NCBI GenBank assembly: GCA_964016885.1
Contig: OZ024740.1
Span: forward strand, 384,586,001-384,650,000
Reading direction: 5' to 3'
DNA: 64,000 nucleotides
From: Eledone cirrhosa
Lineage: Eukaryota
The position numbers and the translations under genes are program-made. Below the pieces are notes generated by a model. That model saw only the letters and a list, made by a program, of their open reading frames with translations. It was not told the DNA's origin and ran no database searches. Positions 1 through 15,014 of the stretch are shown piece by piece (the stretch's first letter is position 1; each line of letters begins with the position of its first letter).

Positions 1-77
1 TCGTCATTGAAAACGAATATCCTATAGCAATCTAGGTAAGTTATATGTATTTATATATATATACATAAACACATATA

Positions 78-460
<383 letters not shown>

Positions 461-775
461 ACTGTGTGTATTCTATATATGGAGAGTTGTGAGATGTAAT
501 TAAGAATGTTTTGGGAAAGTCGGTACAATGGGTATAGGAAATATAATGATAGAACTAGAATAGCGTAATATAAATATGACAATGCAAAGCAGTACGTTTA
601 TTTCTTATATTTCGAGGTTAGAAATTTTTTATCAAATTAAGAAAAGAAAATTGATGAGTCGCGTCCTTACGAAAGATTTATTTTGTGTGTCTGACCGATG
701 GTGGAAGTTGGTCAAGAGAAACGTGACCTTTCAGAGTAGCCAACCGGACCCATGACACTTAAAACTCTCTTTACA

Positions 776-829
776 GTCTTGTCTGATGATACCATGAATT
801 AGTGCGCAGGTGAAACTCCAGAGTAAAGA
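776..829 (+). ncRNA. Degenerate type I hammerhead-like motif
   Basis: tcttgt-CTGATGA-tacc...ggt-GAAA-ctccagag-TA-aaga; stem I imperfect. Confidence 0.35.
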
Positions 830-858
830 AACTCAACTCTCAGCCACAAGATATATAT

Positions 859-910
<52 letters not shown>

Positions 911-942
911 TTAAAAGAATAGAGGTGTAACACACAAGTTAT

Positions 943-1031
943 TATATATTGGTAAACGGAATAGAAAATGCTGACAAATTGTTCACAGTGAACAATTTGT
1001 CACCATTTTCTATTCCGTTTACCAATATATA
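943..1031. repeat. Short near-perfect palindrome (fold-back insertion) between (TA)n tracts
   Basis: tattggtaaacggaatagaaaatg...gttcac-a-gtgaac...cattttctattccgtttaccaata, centre about 987. Confidence 0.9.
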
Positions 1032-1090
1032 TATATATATATATATATAAGAAAGTATTGAAGTTTGCTTGGAGCATTCTGGAATAATAA

Positions 1091-1725
1091 GGTAAATTTC
1101 TTTAAGTCGTTTGGAAGCCTCGACAATGCAGATGGGTAAATCTCCGGGTAACAAGATCCGGTGGTGGAGAGAGAGATATAAGTGGGTGTACGTTGAGATG
1201 CGTGGCGTGTATAAGACTGTAACGTGTAGAGGAATGAAGGAAAGATCGTAAAGGATAAAAATAAAAATAACAACACGAGAAAGAGTCACCTTGGGAGAGA
1301 TTTAATTCACATCCATCAACTGGGGGTTTTCCGGGGGAGGGGGAAGGTTGTCTGTCGGAAAGGTGCGAAACGTGTCCTCCGCTGTTCGTTGATTTGAATA
1401 TCATATTCAAAACAACGAACAGCGGAGGACACGTTTCGCACGTTTCCGACAGACAACCCCTACCCCCCTAAAAAAACCCATTTGATGGATGTGAATCCGA
1501 AATATATAGGGACAATTAAATCTATCCCAAGGTAACTCTTTCACGTGTTGTTATTTTTATCCTTTACGATATTTCCTTCATTCCTCTACACGTTACAGTC
1601 TTATACACGCCACGCATCTCAACGTACACCCACTTACATCTCTCTCTCCACCACCGGATCTTGTTACCCGGAGATTTACTATCTACATTGTCGAGGCTTC
1701 CAAACGACTTCTAAAGAAATTTACC
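1091..1725. mobile_element. ~630-bp diverged fold-back element flanked by (TA)n, probably PLE-derived
   Basis: 1091-1400 is the reverse complement of 1405-1725; the same pseudo-ORF appears on both strands (1019-1276 minus, 1545-1811 plus). Confidence 0.75.
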
Positions 1726-1989
1726 ATATATATATATATAAATGTATATATATATATATATATGTGCGTGTGTGTGTGTTTCTGTGTGTTAAAAACGTTA
1801 TTTTTCTCTGATTTTATTTTCTCCAAGATAAACTTTGTTTTCTATGTGTTGCTTGTAACTGTCTGAAGAGGTCATAGCTGTTGAATTGTTTATAAATTTA
1901 CTCGGGAATTTACAGACCCTCATATTGACCTAGTTGAGTGCTCTACCCTGTATACCGAAGTGTTGCTGTTGAACTAACACATAATCTAA

Positions 1990-2080
<91 letters not shown>

Positions 2081-2300
2081 GAGGTAGAAACGGGTTAAAA
2101 AGAATTATCATGATGTTTATTTCCGTTAGTCGCACGTTTCGCCATCGTTCGGTGAAGATACAATCGGTATCGATCATGCCCGATTCTGAAATCGAGAGTT
2201 CATGGGACTCGTCGTTTCCTTAATCATAAATATATAAATATATATATATGTAGCCAGACAATATTATCGATACTACTGTGTAATTGATCAAAATGATCCT

Positions 2301-2393
<93 letters not shown>

Positions 2394-2394
2394 T

Positions 2395-2893
2395 ATGTGT
2401 AAGTATGTATACGTACATACATATATGAATACAGACGTACAGTAGTGTGTATATATATTTGTACATATGGGTTTACCGAACATTTATTATAATGTTCGGT
2501 TTGTTTGTAAACAAACAGCCCGAATTAAACCGTACAGTGTTCGGCAACCATCGTTGCCCTTTTGTTCAACACTGACAAAGGAACGATGAAATAGTTTCTA
2601 GCTTCTTAGCTGTCATCAGCACCGTATACTTACTCTCAATCGATTGAACGTTTGAAAGTATATACTTTCTTTATGCATATTAACGGCTGAGCAGCCTAAT
2701 TTGCATATCGAGTGAGTTAATCGGCCGGGCGCACCGAAAAGGATAAATGGAAAAAATGAAATTTCATTTCTCACTCTTAGTACCGGTGATACTTAAATAT
2801 AAGTATGTACATGTACATGCATATATGTATATAGACGTACACTAGTATGTATATACATACATGCACACATATATATATATATATGTACGTATA
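2395..2893 (-). mobile_element. Retrozyme-like non-coding element, ~1.2 monomers (400-bp period), diverged copy of the 29.7-30.7 kb family
   Basis: aagtatgta.a.gtacat at 2401 and 2801; colinear with 29712-30255; contains a hammerhead. Confidence 0.8.
2583..2625 (-). ncRNA. Type I minimal hammerhead ribozyme
   Basis: Minus strand: acggtg-CTGATGA-cagctaagaagcta-GAAA-ctat-TT-catcgt; stem I acggtg/catcgt, stem II agct/agct. Confidence 0.7.
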
Positions 2894-2928
2894 AGACTTC
2901 AGTTGCATTTTCGATTTCATCTCTTTTT

Positions 2929-2983
<55 letters not shown>

Positions 2984-2991
2984 TGTGTTTG

Positions 2992-3027
<36 letters not shown>

Positions 3028-3786
3028 AGTGACATGTGTGCGTCCCATCTTAAATGGACACAATCATGTTTGTGATTATCAAGAATAATTGAAAAATCAG
3101 GTAAAGTTCGGTTGGAGAAAAAGATTGGGTGGAGCTGCATGCGAGGAATCGAACCACGTACCTGGTGTATATAATATGGTGTATATGTATATAAAGTGTA
3201 TATAATATGGTGCATTTATATATATAATATGAATCTCTATTATATATATATATATATGGTGTATATATATGAATTACGTATATATATATTATATATATAT
3301 ATAAACACATATATGTGCGTATGTATTTATATGTATACGCATACTTATACATACATATTTGTATCTAGTGTGAATGTATATGCGTCACCATTAAATATTC
3401 TGACCGATAGAGAAGAGTTAACAAAGAAAACTGGACAGAATGAAAGAGAGAAACACAGAGAATGAGCGGGGAGAGAAATAAATAACTGTAGAGAAAAAGG
3501 AAGGGTTGCGGAAGGGCGTGATGGGGGAGGAGAGAATGGTGTGTCTGCTATATTGTTACATGTATTGGTAATGTCGTGTTAGCTGTATATAATCTGACAA
3601 ACATAATTAACCTCTAGAAATTCGGATTCTAACAAAGACATGCCGATTACGATTATACAGACGACTAGAATTCCTAATAGATCAACTCATACATATACAT
3701 TCATACATACATACTTAATTCATAGTCTTGCACTACACGGACTTTTTTGAAACATGGTGTAGAGGGATATGTGTTTAAATAACATC

Positions 3787-3824
<38 letters not shown>

Positions 3825-3947
3825 CACAGATGAATGTGAGTGGGTTCCTGTCTATACGTATATACACACATATACACGCATATACACACAGATCTCACAC
3901 GCACACTCAAAGATAGATATATATTTATATATATGTATATATTTATT

Positions 3948-4061
<114 letters not shown>

Positions 4062-4939
4062 CATACATATGTAAACACAGACAGATATTTATATATCCAT
4101 ATATCAGAAAGTTTCATACATTAAGGCTAAGTTCCGGTCTTATGACTTTCGAGTTTCTCTTGTGAACTAAGAGAGGCGAGAGGAACGGGGTGGACCGGGT
4201 AGGAAAGGAATATGAACTAGGGGTCAATTCTGGGAAGTTAGAAATATAATATTAATCTCTACAATTGTATTGAGTACTCACGTTGCCGACCATTAATACT
4301 ATACATATTTGTATATATATATATATATATATATGCACATTATACATACATACACACCAATACATCGATACGTAAATACATACACACACACATATATATA
4401 TGTATATACATGTGTGTGTGTGCGCGTGTGTGTGTGTGTGTGCGTGTGTGTGTATTTCTGTCTGTGTGAGCCTGTGTATGTGTGGGTGTATGTGTAATTT
4501 ATATAGTTTATCTACTTAATATTAAATAATTTATCACAAACCCTGCCCTGTCTCTCTCTCTCTCTTTCAAAGCATATATATGTTTTATGTGTGTGTAGTG
4601 TGTGTGTGTTTCTGTGCCTGTGTATGTGTATGTGTGCGCGTGTGTGTGTATGTGTGTGCGTATGTGTGTATGAGGGTTTATTTGTGCGCCTGTTTGTCTC
4701 TCTAACCATCTGTTTCTCAGTATTACAATATATAGTCGTTCTTCTATTCTGTATAAGGATGTTTTACTAGTTTCCTATATTTCTTCTCTCCACTCACCAC
4801 CACATCAACACCATTCTCTTATCTCATCTCACCCCCTCATCTCTCCCATATCTTCCGTTGAATATTTTATACAACACCAGTGCCATTAACACTTGGCTTT
4901 AGTTTGACTTCCAAAGAAACTTATAGATATCTCTGTAAA

Positions 4940-4974
4940 TATATATATATATATATATTTGTTTATATATATGA

Positions 4975-5054
<80 letters not shown>

Positions 5055-5445
5055 CTATATATATATGTATATAGAATATGTATATATATATGTATATATA
5101 CTTATATATATATATATATACACACATGTACATATATATATATAAGTATATATATATATGCATATATATACATATATATATATAACGATATATATATATA
5201 TATATATATATGCATATATATATACATATATATATATAAAAATATATATATATATACATATACATATATATATACATATACATATACACATATATATATA
5301 TACATGTATATATACACATATATATACATATATGTACACATATATATATATACATATACATATAAATATACATATATATATATATACATATACACATATA
5401 TATACATGTATATATACACATACACATATATATACATGTATATAT

Positions 5446-5491
<46 letters not shown>

Positions 5492-5579
5492 TAGTATATA
5501 TATAAAGTATATATATAAGTATATATATAAAGTATATATATATATATACCTACATATATACACATGCATATACATACAC

Positions 5580-5647
<68 letters not shown>

Positions 5648-5782
5648 AAGTATGTATGATTATATATATAGACATATATATATATATATATTATATATAT
5701 ATATATTTATATTATATACACATATGCTTATATATATATACATATATAGCTATACATATATATATATATATACACATATGTT

Positions 5783-5830
<48 letters not shown>
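4940..5830. repeat. Long degenerate (TA)n/(TACA)n microsatellite
   Basis: Direct observation. Confidence 0.95.
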
Positions 5831-5833
<3 letters not shown>

Positions 5834-6074
5834 AATGAGTCATATGGGTGGTGGATATATGTGTGTGCTACTCTGTGTTTATGTGGCTGTGAGGATGTGA
5901 GTGTGTATGTTTTTTTCCAATCTCTCTTCCTTATATATCTCATTCTGGAAATTTTCGATAAACAAAAAATAAACTGAATATGAAAATAATATGAGAAAAA
6001 AATAAATACTTCTTATTACAATAAAAACATAATCATCATCATTATTATCAGCAACTGATATAAATATAATACTT

Positions 6075-6183
6075 TTACTACTACTACTACTACTACTACT
6101 GCAGCTCATGCTGCTGCTGCGGCTGCTATTCCTACTTCTACTACTGCTGCTGCTTGCTACTACTACTATTACTACTACTCCTT

Positions 6184-6242
<59 letters not shown>

Positions 6243-6282
6243 GCTACTACTAAAACTACTACTTCAATTATAACTACTACTG
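6075..6282. repeat. (TAC)n/(TGC)n trinucleotide array; similar arrays at 12425-12506 and 16640-17012
   Basis: Direct observation. Confidence 0.95.
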
Positions 6283-6302
6283 CTCATAATGTTTTCTACT
6301 AT

Positions 6303-6495
6303 AGGCACGAGGCCAGCAGATTTTTTTGGGGGGACGAAGTCCTTTTTATTGACCCCAGTTAATTACTGGCGCTTTATTTTATGAACCCCGTAACGATGAA
6401 GGGCAAAGCTAACCTCGGCAGGATTTGATCTCAGAACCTAAAGGACTGTATCTCTATGCTGCAAAGCATGGTGTCTGATGTTATACCGACAACTG
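6303..6495 (-). mobile_element. tRNA-derived SINE, family A
   Basis: gaccccagt..actgg..tttattttat.gacccc..gatgaa.ggcaaag..aacctcggc.ggatttga.ctcaga (B-box-like in reverse), shared with the copies at 6722, 14745, 35525 and 38745. Confidence 0.75.
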
Positions 6496-6721
6496 CTTTC
6501 TTTATTAGCCACACGGAGCTCATATTAAGGAAAAATTGAAGACTATACTGGACGAGACAGTGTAATTTTTTGGTGTGAAATAAAATTCATAACTGAGATT
6601 ATGAAAATACAAATTTAAAAAAACAATACAAATTTACCAAATTCCCCAATCAAAGAAGATTCCAGGGCAATTCGTGGAGAAAGCCTACAAAGCCTCGGTC
6701 ACCTTGTGTTCTGATTTTTTC

Positions 6722-6860
6722 TTTGGGGGGGGGGGGAGGTTATATCAACCCCAATGCATAACTGGTACTTTATTTTATTGACTCCGTAAGGACGGAAAGC
6801 CTAACTTGACGTCTGTTTCAATTGAACTGATAACGGAAAGAGAATCAACCTAAACGCGAC
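6722..6860 (-). mobile_element. tRNA-derived SINE, family A, diverged
   Basis: caaccccaatgcataactggtactttattttattgactccgtaaggacggaaagc. Confidence 0.6.
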
Positions 6861-7499
6861 AACTCCTTTTCAACAAAACTTCACATGTCAGCTATACACG
6901 CACTTTGAACATTTGTATTCAGAGTAATTTTGACACGCTCCCTGGAAGGCCTACTTCACAAAAATATTGACACGCACCCTGGAAGGCCTAGTTCACAGAA
7001 ATTTAGTATCTGTAGAGATTATTTCGACCTTGCAATGCCACACGTTAACACCGAAAAACCAGAAATGTCCAGAAGTTATTCATTGTCATTGGGCAGAAAA
7101 TCCACAATTGTGAACCAGCAAAAGCATTGGGTTAGCGTTATTCGACCCTGTCCAACAGCTTTTGTGGAACAATATATATCTCATAATGTAAATGTCGGGG
7201 AAATATCTTCTGATAATATTATTTTTGTATATGTCCTTGTTAAGCGTTGCTTCTACTCACCGGTTCACATGAATGGATACTATTCCATTCCGGTGACAGA
7301 GACGGTAGAAATTTGCTTATCCCTTAGAAATCACTTTTGACTAATGCATGTAAAGTTTGTAACGTACATGTGTGATTTACACCTAGTACAACCAGTTTAA
7401 ATGTCTTTCCCAAGGCCACCGGTGCCATCGAGGAAAGCAAATCCCCCCTGAGCACGACACCAGTTAAATGCAGCGTTAACTGCAAGCCTACAACAACTG

Positions 7500-7640
7500 A
7501 TTCTCGTTTATTCTAATTAAGTGAAATTGAGTAGCGTGAACTAAAGTATCTTGCTTAAAGACACAATGTGCAGTTCGGTACGGAAATGGGAACCGTGACC
7601 CTATGATCGTAAGCACAACAACAAAACCACTAAACCTTAT
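7500..7640 (-). mobile_element. tRNA-derived SINE, family B, diverged
   Basis: aagtatcttgcttaaagacacaatg...gggaaccgtgaccctatgatcgtaagc...aaccactaaacc reads as a reversed tRNA-like head plus core. Confidence 0.55.
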
Positions 7641-8199
7641 GCCTTTCCAACCACTTTACCGCAAACATAAACCAGCAGATGCTTCGGCAAGGCTGATGAT
7701 GATAATGTTTGTGATGATGATCTTAATCATGGTCATGAGGAAATTGTGTGAAATAAATCAATTTTCACCAAATATTCTATTTATTCCGTTATTTCATGTA
7801 ATACTTTCAAAGAAACAAATACTTGTTGTGAAGGATTGTGTGTGTGCTTGGATATATGCATACGTTAACTCATAGTTGTGGCTCTGTTCCTGTGTGTATA
7901 AAGACAGTATGAGCGTGAGCGAGAGCACACACATAAAATATATGACTTTTGTATGTTTTTCATCTCATGTAGACGAGGAGGAAGACATTGGTGGTGAAGC
8001 CATTCCAGCAACTTGGGTTCAATTTTAGAACATAGCTAATTCTTTTCACATACAGAGCTAATAGACGCAAGTGAGTCATGAACATACTAACATTTCAAAA
8101 TTCTCATCCAATGAAAAGATATGGCACTTTGTTTCAATATAACTTCTTAAAACGCATTGTAGATTTATACACACACACACACAGGAACACCCCCCCCCC

Positions 8200-8291
<92 letters not shown>

Positions 8292-11200
8292 TATATAGTG
8301 GTGGAACACTGGAAGGTAATATTCGTAGTGGTAGAGCACTCAGTCCATACATATATATATATATTACATGTTGAATCAGGTTTTGCTGAGTTATTACCTA
8401 TTGAAGAATTAAGATTAGATTAATACAAATTCAACTCGTTTGAAATAACTTGAAATTTCAGATTTTATCTGTGTATGTATCTCAATTATTTGAAGAGAAG
8501 GTGGTTTAAAAAGTAATTTCCTTTCGTTCATCTTTTCAATCTAATGATTTAAAATATCCTTTCAGTTTCTTATATATTAGCACAAAGAAAGCATGCATAC
8601 ATGCAGATAAATAACTAAATACAAATATAGATACATACGAACAATGACATATAATGTGGATATATACAGGAAAACATAGAGTCACGCTCACACATACAAT
8701 CACACACTTGTTCACACACACACAGACACACAAACACACACACAATATGTGGTGGTAGCAGCATCCATTATCTAGCCTCATATGGAATCTGGGATATTAG
8801 AAATCTAAAACTTACTCAGCCATTGACAGCTTCATATTACTTAAAGTCGATGGAAAAGTAAGGACTACTAAAGTTTCTTGACTGATATCATATCAACAAG
8901 AAATATCAACATAAATGTTCGTCATTATAATTATTAAGAATTTGCTGAGTGGCAGATATTACCACGTTAATCGAGAATATTTTTTTTATTTAAATTGTAT
9001 ATGTTTACATAATATCTATATGTAAATGTTTAAGTTGGAAAACGATGTTTTGTTGTTAAATCACAACATCAACTTTGTTATATATGTCTTCTTAATGCAC
9101 TGTTATGATACGTTCTTTCATCTTTTTACTCGGTGAAAGAGAATGAAGATATTAGCGTCAAATGATTTCACCAAACATCGTTTGGAGGATGCAATGAAGC
9201 ACAGAAAACATAACCCTTGAATAATAAAAAAAAAAGAAACATTGAGAGAAACTGAAAGCGATGATAAGAGACATAAACACCTCCACTATTCGAAGCAAAG
9301 ACAGAATACAATATGTGATGGCGTATGAAAGGGATATGCGATTCCTCGATTGCTACGAATGGCAGTGATTGATCAGAGAAAAAGCAGCGGCGAGAAAAGT
9401 AGAAACTTAAATCGAAAATATGCAGAAAAGCTTATTATTGAGTGACTTGCTGAAGAAGACAATGCCTGTGTTTATCAAGAACTCAACAAGGAAAAATGGA
9501 GGTGAAATACGACTGCTGCAGTGAATATTTTCTCTTCATTTTGATTTAATCGTCAAAGTATACCCTCACTGTCATGCCTATCGACACTCTGATGAGGCCG
9601 TCAATTTCTGCTGTATGAAGGGGAAGGCAAATTTATACACTTTACCAAAGGTGTCCCTCAATATATATATAGCAATGATGAACCTCTTACAAACAAGTTC
9701 ATGAACACAGCTGACTCTTTCCAATGACATCTCTTTTTGACAAATATCTCTTTCCATCAAGGTACAAATGGGATAGTTCCTTTCTCATTATATGGGAAAG
9801 CCAATATTATCAGGTATCTAACACCAGACTCCAATCCCTAGTCTAATTCCTTCAAATGTAATACAAACTGCGTAGAATTGATAATGCTCATGAGGTATTC
9901 TGTGTAATATTTTTGAATTATTGAGGGACGCGTTAAGATGAAAGAAGCCTTTACGCTGTGTCCTGTAAACATGCAACAGAATTAAATCAACACTTGTCAT
10001 AATCGTCATTTGATATTCACCTTAATTGATGACTGGTATTTGATCATTAGATAAATTCAATGCAGAAATTGTCACTGAATTCCCTGTCATTATAGCGAGC
10101 AGTTGTAAACTTGAAGCAAGATGACATGTTTTGAATGAACAAGGAAGCATGAAAGACAAAACCACAAAGTTAGGAAGATCCTGAGCTTCATAAATACTAC
10201 AACAGTTAACCCGTATTGTATCAACAACACCCGATGTTGCCAATCTGATATATGCAGAAAGAGGCTTATATTTAACATACAAGTTGTGGAAATGATTCGT
10301 ATCATGTGTACAAAAAATGACCTTTGAATATAATAGAATTGGAAGGATATATAGGACAACATTAGGTGATTTCTCATTATCCCTAATTACTGAATCTCTT
10401 CAACTGGTATACTTATCTGTCATGTTCCATCAAATACATGATCAATTATACCATGAAAGAAACTTATTAAACAATTTTCAGTTCTGAACAGAGCAGATAT
10501 CTGACAGGCAGCAACTGCTAGCCTTCAAGTGCAACTTCCTTAACATTAAGAAGTTGATTCCTGATACACCAGCAACCACTTTAACGGTGCGGTGCATTTA
10601 CAAGAACAGACTACTACGTTTGTATTTCAAGATTCTACATTTGGATGAAGAAAAGATGGATAAAAGGGCATAAAGTTTTCGTGGAGGCACATGTCTTCCT
10701 GGTTATATCGTTGGGTACTGGTTTTGATTCCAGGATGGAGCTGTGCGTTGTGTCTATGATGAACACTATCAGTGTTTCTAACACTATGATCATTGAAAGC
10801 GCTTGTTTCCAAAACAAACTTGAAAACTTGAGTAAACCATTCTACAAACATAATTTGCCAATACCATGAAGTTTTGCAATTAACTGATACGATGGTAATT
10901 ATTATTAAATGAACAGCAATACAATACAAAAATACAGAATTATCTATAATATTGTAAATATATCTACCTGAATAGAGTGGGAAATTGGGTGTTATTTTGG
11001 GACAGTAATTTTGTTATGGTGCGCTGAAAATTCAATCTTCAGCGCAGTTCGTTTGCAACTGGCTCATACCTAACAACCAGTCCTCACTCATAATTCCATC
11101 AATTGTCAGTATTCGGTTCGGCCCCTTCTCATGAGTAATGGTATCAAGAGATCGGTCAAATCAGGTCAAGAAGAAGGAGAAGGAGAAGGAGAAGAGAAGA

Positions 11201-12443
11201 AGAAGAAGAAGATCGTCTGGCGCCAACCGCGTAGGGAATCTCGCTTGATTGTGGCCCATGTTTCTTCAACTCTCAATTGAAACACCTAATATAAAACCTG
11301 CTTCTAGAGAGTCTATTCGTGTCTGTTCTGGTCCTAGAATTGTGACATGGTTATCATGTCATCCAATATACAGAAAATGTTCTTCCTGGGTGAATTTTTT
11401 ATGCAAAGCCATTGCTTTGCTTCTGTCAAGAGCTATATGCATAATCTCATATATATCAGTAAAAATGTCAGCAATTGTCTCTAGTTCTGTAGGCAGCGAG
11501 CACAAAAGACAGTATCAATACTGCCATTGGGAAGACGAAAACTAAATAGTGATTCATGGTTCATGTACATGAGAGCTCGATAAAGGAATGAATCAGTTGA
11601 GGAGGATTTAGCCGGAACTTTTCAGTAGTTTACAAAAGCAAGTTTCCTCTGCAGTTGCAGCAATCTTATTTGTCTCCTTTCTTGAGAATGGTAATCTGTA
11701 TGTATACATATGTAGAAACAGTAATGCAGAAAAGAATGCAAATAGCTAGAAAGAAATTATTATCATAATTATGGAAAAATATCATTTCTGTTTTTTCTTA
11801 TTTTTTAAATTATCATCTAAAGATTCTTTCCTCTCAAATTACCGCAATCATTTCGTTTACTTCGTTAACTTTTGTTGCATGTTTACTGTTGAGTTTTTTG
11901 GTTTTTTTCCTTCTTATATTCTTTGACCGAGTTTTCTAAACACTATCGATCAACTTGCAGATTTCTCTCTCACTCTTTCTCTCTTTCTCTTTCTATTTAT
12001 TTCGCTCTTTCTCCATAACAATGAATCGACAGCCAGCAAAAGCAAGTGTGACAAGAATATTGCTGCGAGAACAGACGACAATATTAGTGAAAGATAGAAG
12101 GGAAAGAAAGAAAACATGACAATCTAGGAAAAGACCTTGGAACCATCGGATGACAATTGCAGACTGATTTCCCAGAGCAATTTTTCTCATGTTTCAACAT
12201 GCGAAGAAGCGAAAAGATAAAAAAGAAAGTAAGAGAAAAAAATAAAAGAATGAATAATAAGGTGAAAAGAAAGATACTACAGAAAATGAATTGAAATTGA
12301 AGATGTTAAGCGAGCGACAACGTATGGTTAGATGTTCGCCTTAATTGTTTGTGTCTGGGATTTTTTACTGTTAATTCTTTTTCCTGAATTGCATTTTGCA
12401 GTTGATATTCTGTTATTGCTGGTGTTAGTAGTAGTAGTAGTAA

Positions 12444-12507
<64 letters not shown>

Positions 12508-13107
12508 TCATAAAAGGCTGTGGCCATATGCTGAATGTGGTGGTAGAGGTAGCTGTCGTGGTAGCAGCGGCGGTAGCGTTGATTTTGGGGTGCAAATAGA
12601 TATGGTCGTAGTCATAGAGATGATACAATTGGTGTTATTGTTGTCAGTGTTATTGGTGGTTTAATTGTTAATATATTGCGGTTGTTGAGTGAGATGATGA
12701 AATTTGTTGATGAGTCACGGAAACTGTAGATCAGTGATTCCTAAAATGTCTGCTAGTAAACTGAAGTGTAGCGGTAAATATGAAGCAATTAGTAAAGAGC
12801 ATTGTTGAAACAAAAATAGTATGAGAGAAGAACGAAAACAATACAAGTTTATAATTGCTCGTAAAATTGAGACTTTTAGTTTTTCAATCAATACTAAAAT
12901 AAATATCTTTAATAATAACATTTTAATTTTACTGAATTATTGTTTATCAACGTTAGAGTGGGATATGTTCTCTAAAAGAGACTGGTAATCAAAAATGTTT
13001 GAGAAATTCTTGTCTACATGTACTTGCTTGTGTATCCCTTATTACTGTTATCATGTTACTACTGTAAGCTTTTCATGATTACACCATTTATTTATATAAC
13101 TGGTGAA

Positions 13108-13139
<32 letters not shown>

Positions 13140-13419
13140 GCAGTTGCCAGATGAATGGGGCACTACCTACATATAGAATGCTATCATTTAATTTTTATAA
13201 TGAATAAATAACATTTTTGAAAAATACATAAGTGGAAACAAAACAGTACAATCACATTTTTGCGGAAAAATCTCTTACCTTCGCCAATAAAAAATATTGT
13301 GTATTTTGCGAAATCCTAAGATTTCAATAATGACCAGAAGTCGACCTCAAATATTACTAATAGCTCTATGAAAGACATGAACGACACATCTTTTTAACTT
13401 TGATTTTGAAATTAGGTTT

Positions 13420-13695
13420 ATAATTATCAATTTTCATTATACTTGCGTAGCTGTCTCGGTGGCCTATTTGGAGGAATCTTAGACAGTGGTGATCCTGGTC
13501 TGAAGTTCGATCTTGGTCTGGAGTAGGGTCCCCGGTAAACCTTTTCAATTTATTTCTATTGTTGTAAACTGAAAACGGTTGCATGTGCCTCTTGACCAGG
13601 ATTGAACACAAGGCCAGGAACTCCACCGTCTCTAGTACCTACCGCTAGGCCACAGAGACAACTACGAAAATGTTATGAAAATTCATACTTATTAA
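13420..13695. mobile_element. Fold-back containing two inverted, diverged tRNA-like heads
   Basis: gtagctgtctcggtggccta...gttcgatc (plus, 13447-13525) mirrors rc gtagttgtctctgtggcctagcggt...gttcaatcc (13588-13667); A/B-box-like motifs. Confidence 0.6.
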
Positions 13696-14744
13696 TCTAC
13701 TTTCCCGATTCTTATATCCAGTTATGTGGATATATTACACCGATGTCCGGCTGATGACCACATCTGGTTGAGGTGCATATTTTAGCATGCTATTTTTTAT
13801 CTTTTTCTATATAGTGTGACGATTTGAGTATGTAGTCTTTATAATATATACGTGAATATGTCTAGTTGTTTTTCTCGTGTGTATCACAAAGTCAGCTGTG
13901 ATGTAATAGATTTATAGCAAGCGAGTAGTCTACCAAAGGACTACGCACGATCAACAGATACACCTCCCCAGATATAGCATGCAACTGCCTCATATTATAT
14001 ATTCGGATGTGCATTGGTAGTTGTTATTATTTAGCAAATGATTAAAGGTGTTTTTGCCATGATAATCCTGTATTTTACTTATACATATAAGACTACATTA
14101 TCCAATGTGCGCCTCCATTGATAAGTGTGTAAAATGAATTAGATTTGGCTGATACTTTAATTGCTGTCAAGCCAAGACATTTTTGAAAGAGTTTCCTCGT
14201 TGTTTTTTTTTCATTATTCGGACCACAGTGTGATAATTTTTATATCTTTTATCTTCTTCACTCTAGATTTGTATCTATGTAAGTAGGTTTGATTATGGTG
14301 ACAATTTAGGCAACAACGATGAAATAAGAAACCTCTTCCTCTGTATATATCACTGGTACTGTGTATTTTGTCACAGTGTTTAGGAAATCGTTGATTTGTG
14401 TGTATTTATTCTTTAATGTCTATTATCAAAGGGTGGATACTTTAATTCTGGAACAAATAGCGAGGTTCAAACCTGGAATATTTGTCATCATAAGTCTGTA
14501 GAATGAGTGCTGACCTGGAGAAGAATGAAAACAAATGTACCAGTTGTTTTTCTGTGTGTTTTTTTTTTGGGGGGGGGTACGTGGCTATGATTAATCACCA
14601 TCGGATGATGATGTAAAGAACACTATATTTTTCTTGCAACATTTTTAATTCTTATAGAGAGATTAATCAGGGTCCAGATGAGAATAGCATAATGCGTAAT
14701 GAATATAATATGAGAGTATACTTGTGTTGATATTAATTTATCTT

Positions 14745-14880
14745 GATCCCCAATACTTTACTAGTACTTTATTCTGTCGACTTCGGAAGGTTGAAAGGCA
14801 AAATTGACGTCGGTTAGATTTGAACTTAGAATGTAAAGAGCCAAAACGTGATATTACTACAAAGCACATGTTCAGCTTAC
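14745..14880 (-). mobile_element. tRNA-derived SINE, family A
   Basis: gatccccaatactttactagtactttattctgtcgac..gaaaggcaaaattgacgtcgg..gatttgaacttagaatgtaaag. Confidence 0.65.
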
Positions 14881-14894
14881 AACTTAAGTACCAG

Positions 14895-15014
14895 AAGCTT
14901 ACAGCATCTATGTTTCCCAAGCGGTCACCTATCTAATTAATAACTAAGCTTTACATTGCTTAACTTCGGTGACCGGACGAGGACCGATGTTTTCAGCGGG
15001 ATATGGTCGTGAGT
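14895..15014 (-). pseudogene. 5S rRNA pseudogene
   Basis: rc acgaccatatcccgctgaaaacatcggtcctcgtccggtcaccgaagttaagcaatg...gataggtgaccgcttgggaaacatagatgctgtaagctt follows the metazoan 5S sequence along its length with substitutions. Confidence 0.88.

Noticed and set aside
647-684. TTGATGA-gt..ac-GAAA-gattt-TA
   Set aside because: Only A/T stem I and a 2-bp stem II; could be chance
1360-1385. GAAACGTGTC resembling a hammerhead 3' half
   Set aside because: No CUGANGA upstream in either arm
1856-1935. CTGAAGA-ggtca...tgacc
   Set aside because: GAAA/UH half is missing
6930-7340. 136-aa ORF
   Set aside because: TTG start, internal 37-bp duplication and no recognisable motif
7970-12220. Exon-like or decayed coding-like stretches (7973-8070, 9130-10900, 11493-11691, 12020-12220)
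   Set aside because: Stops in the frames examined and no confident protein family
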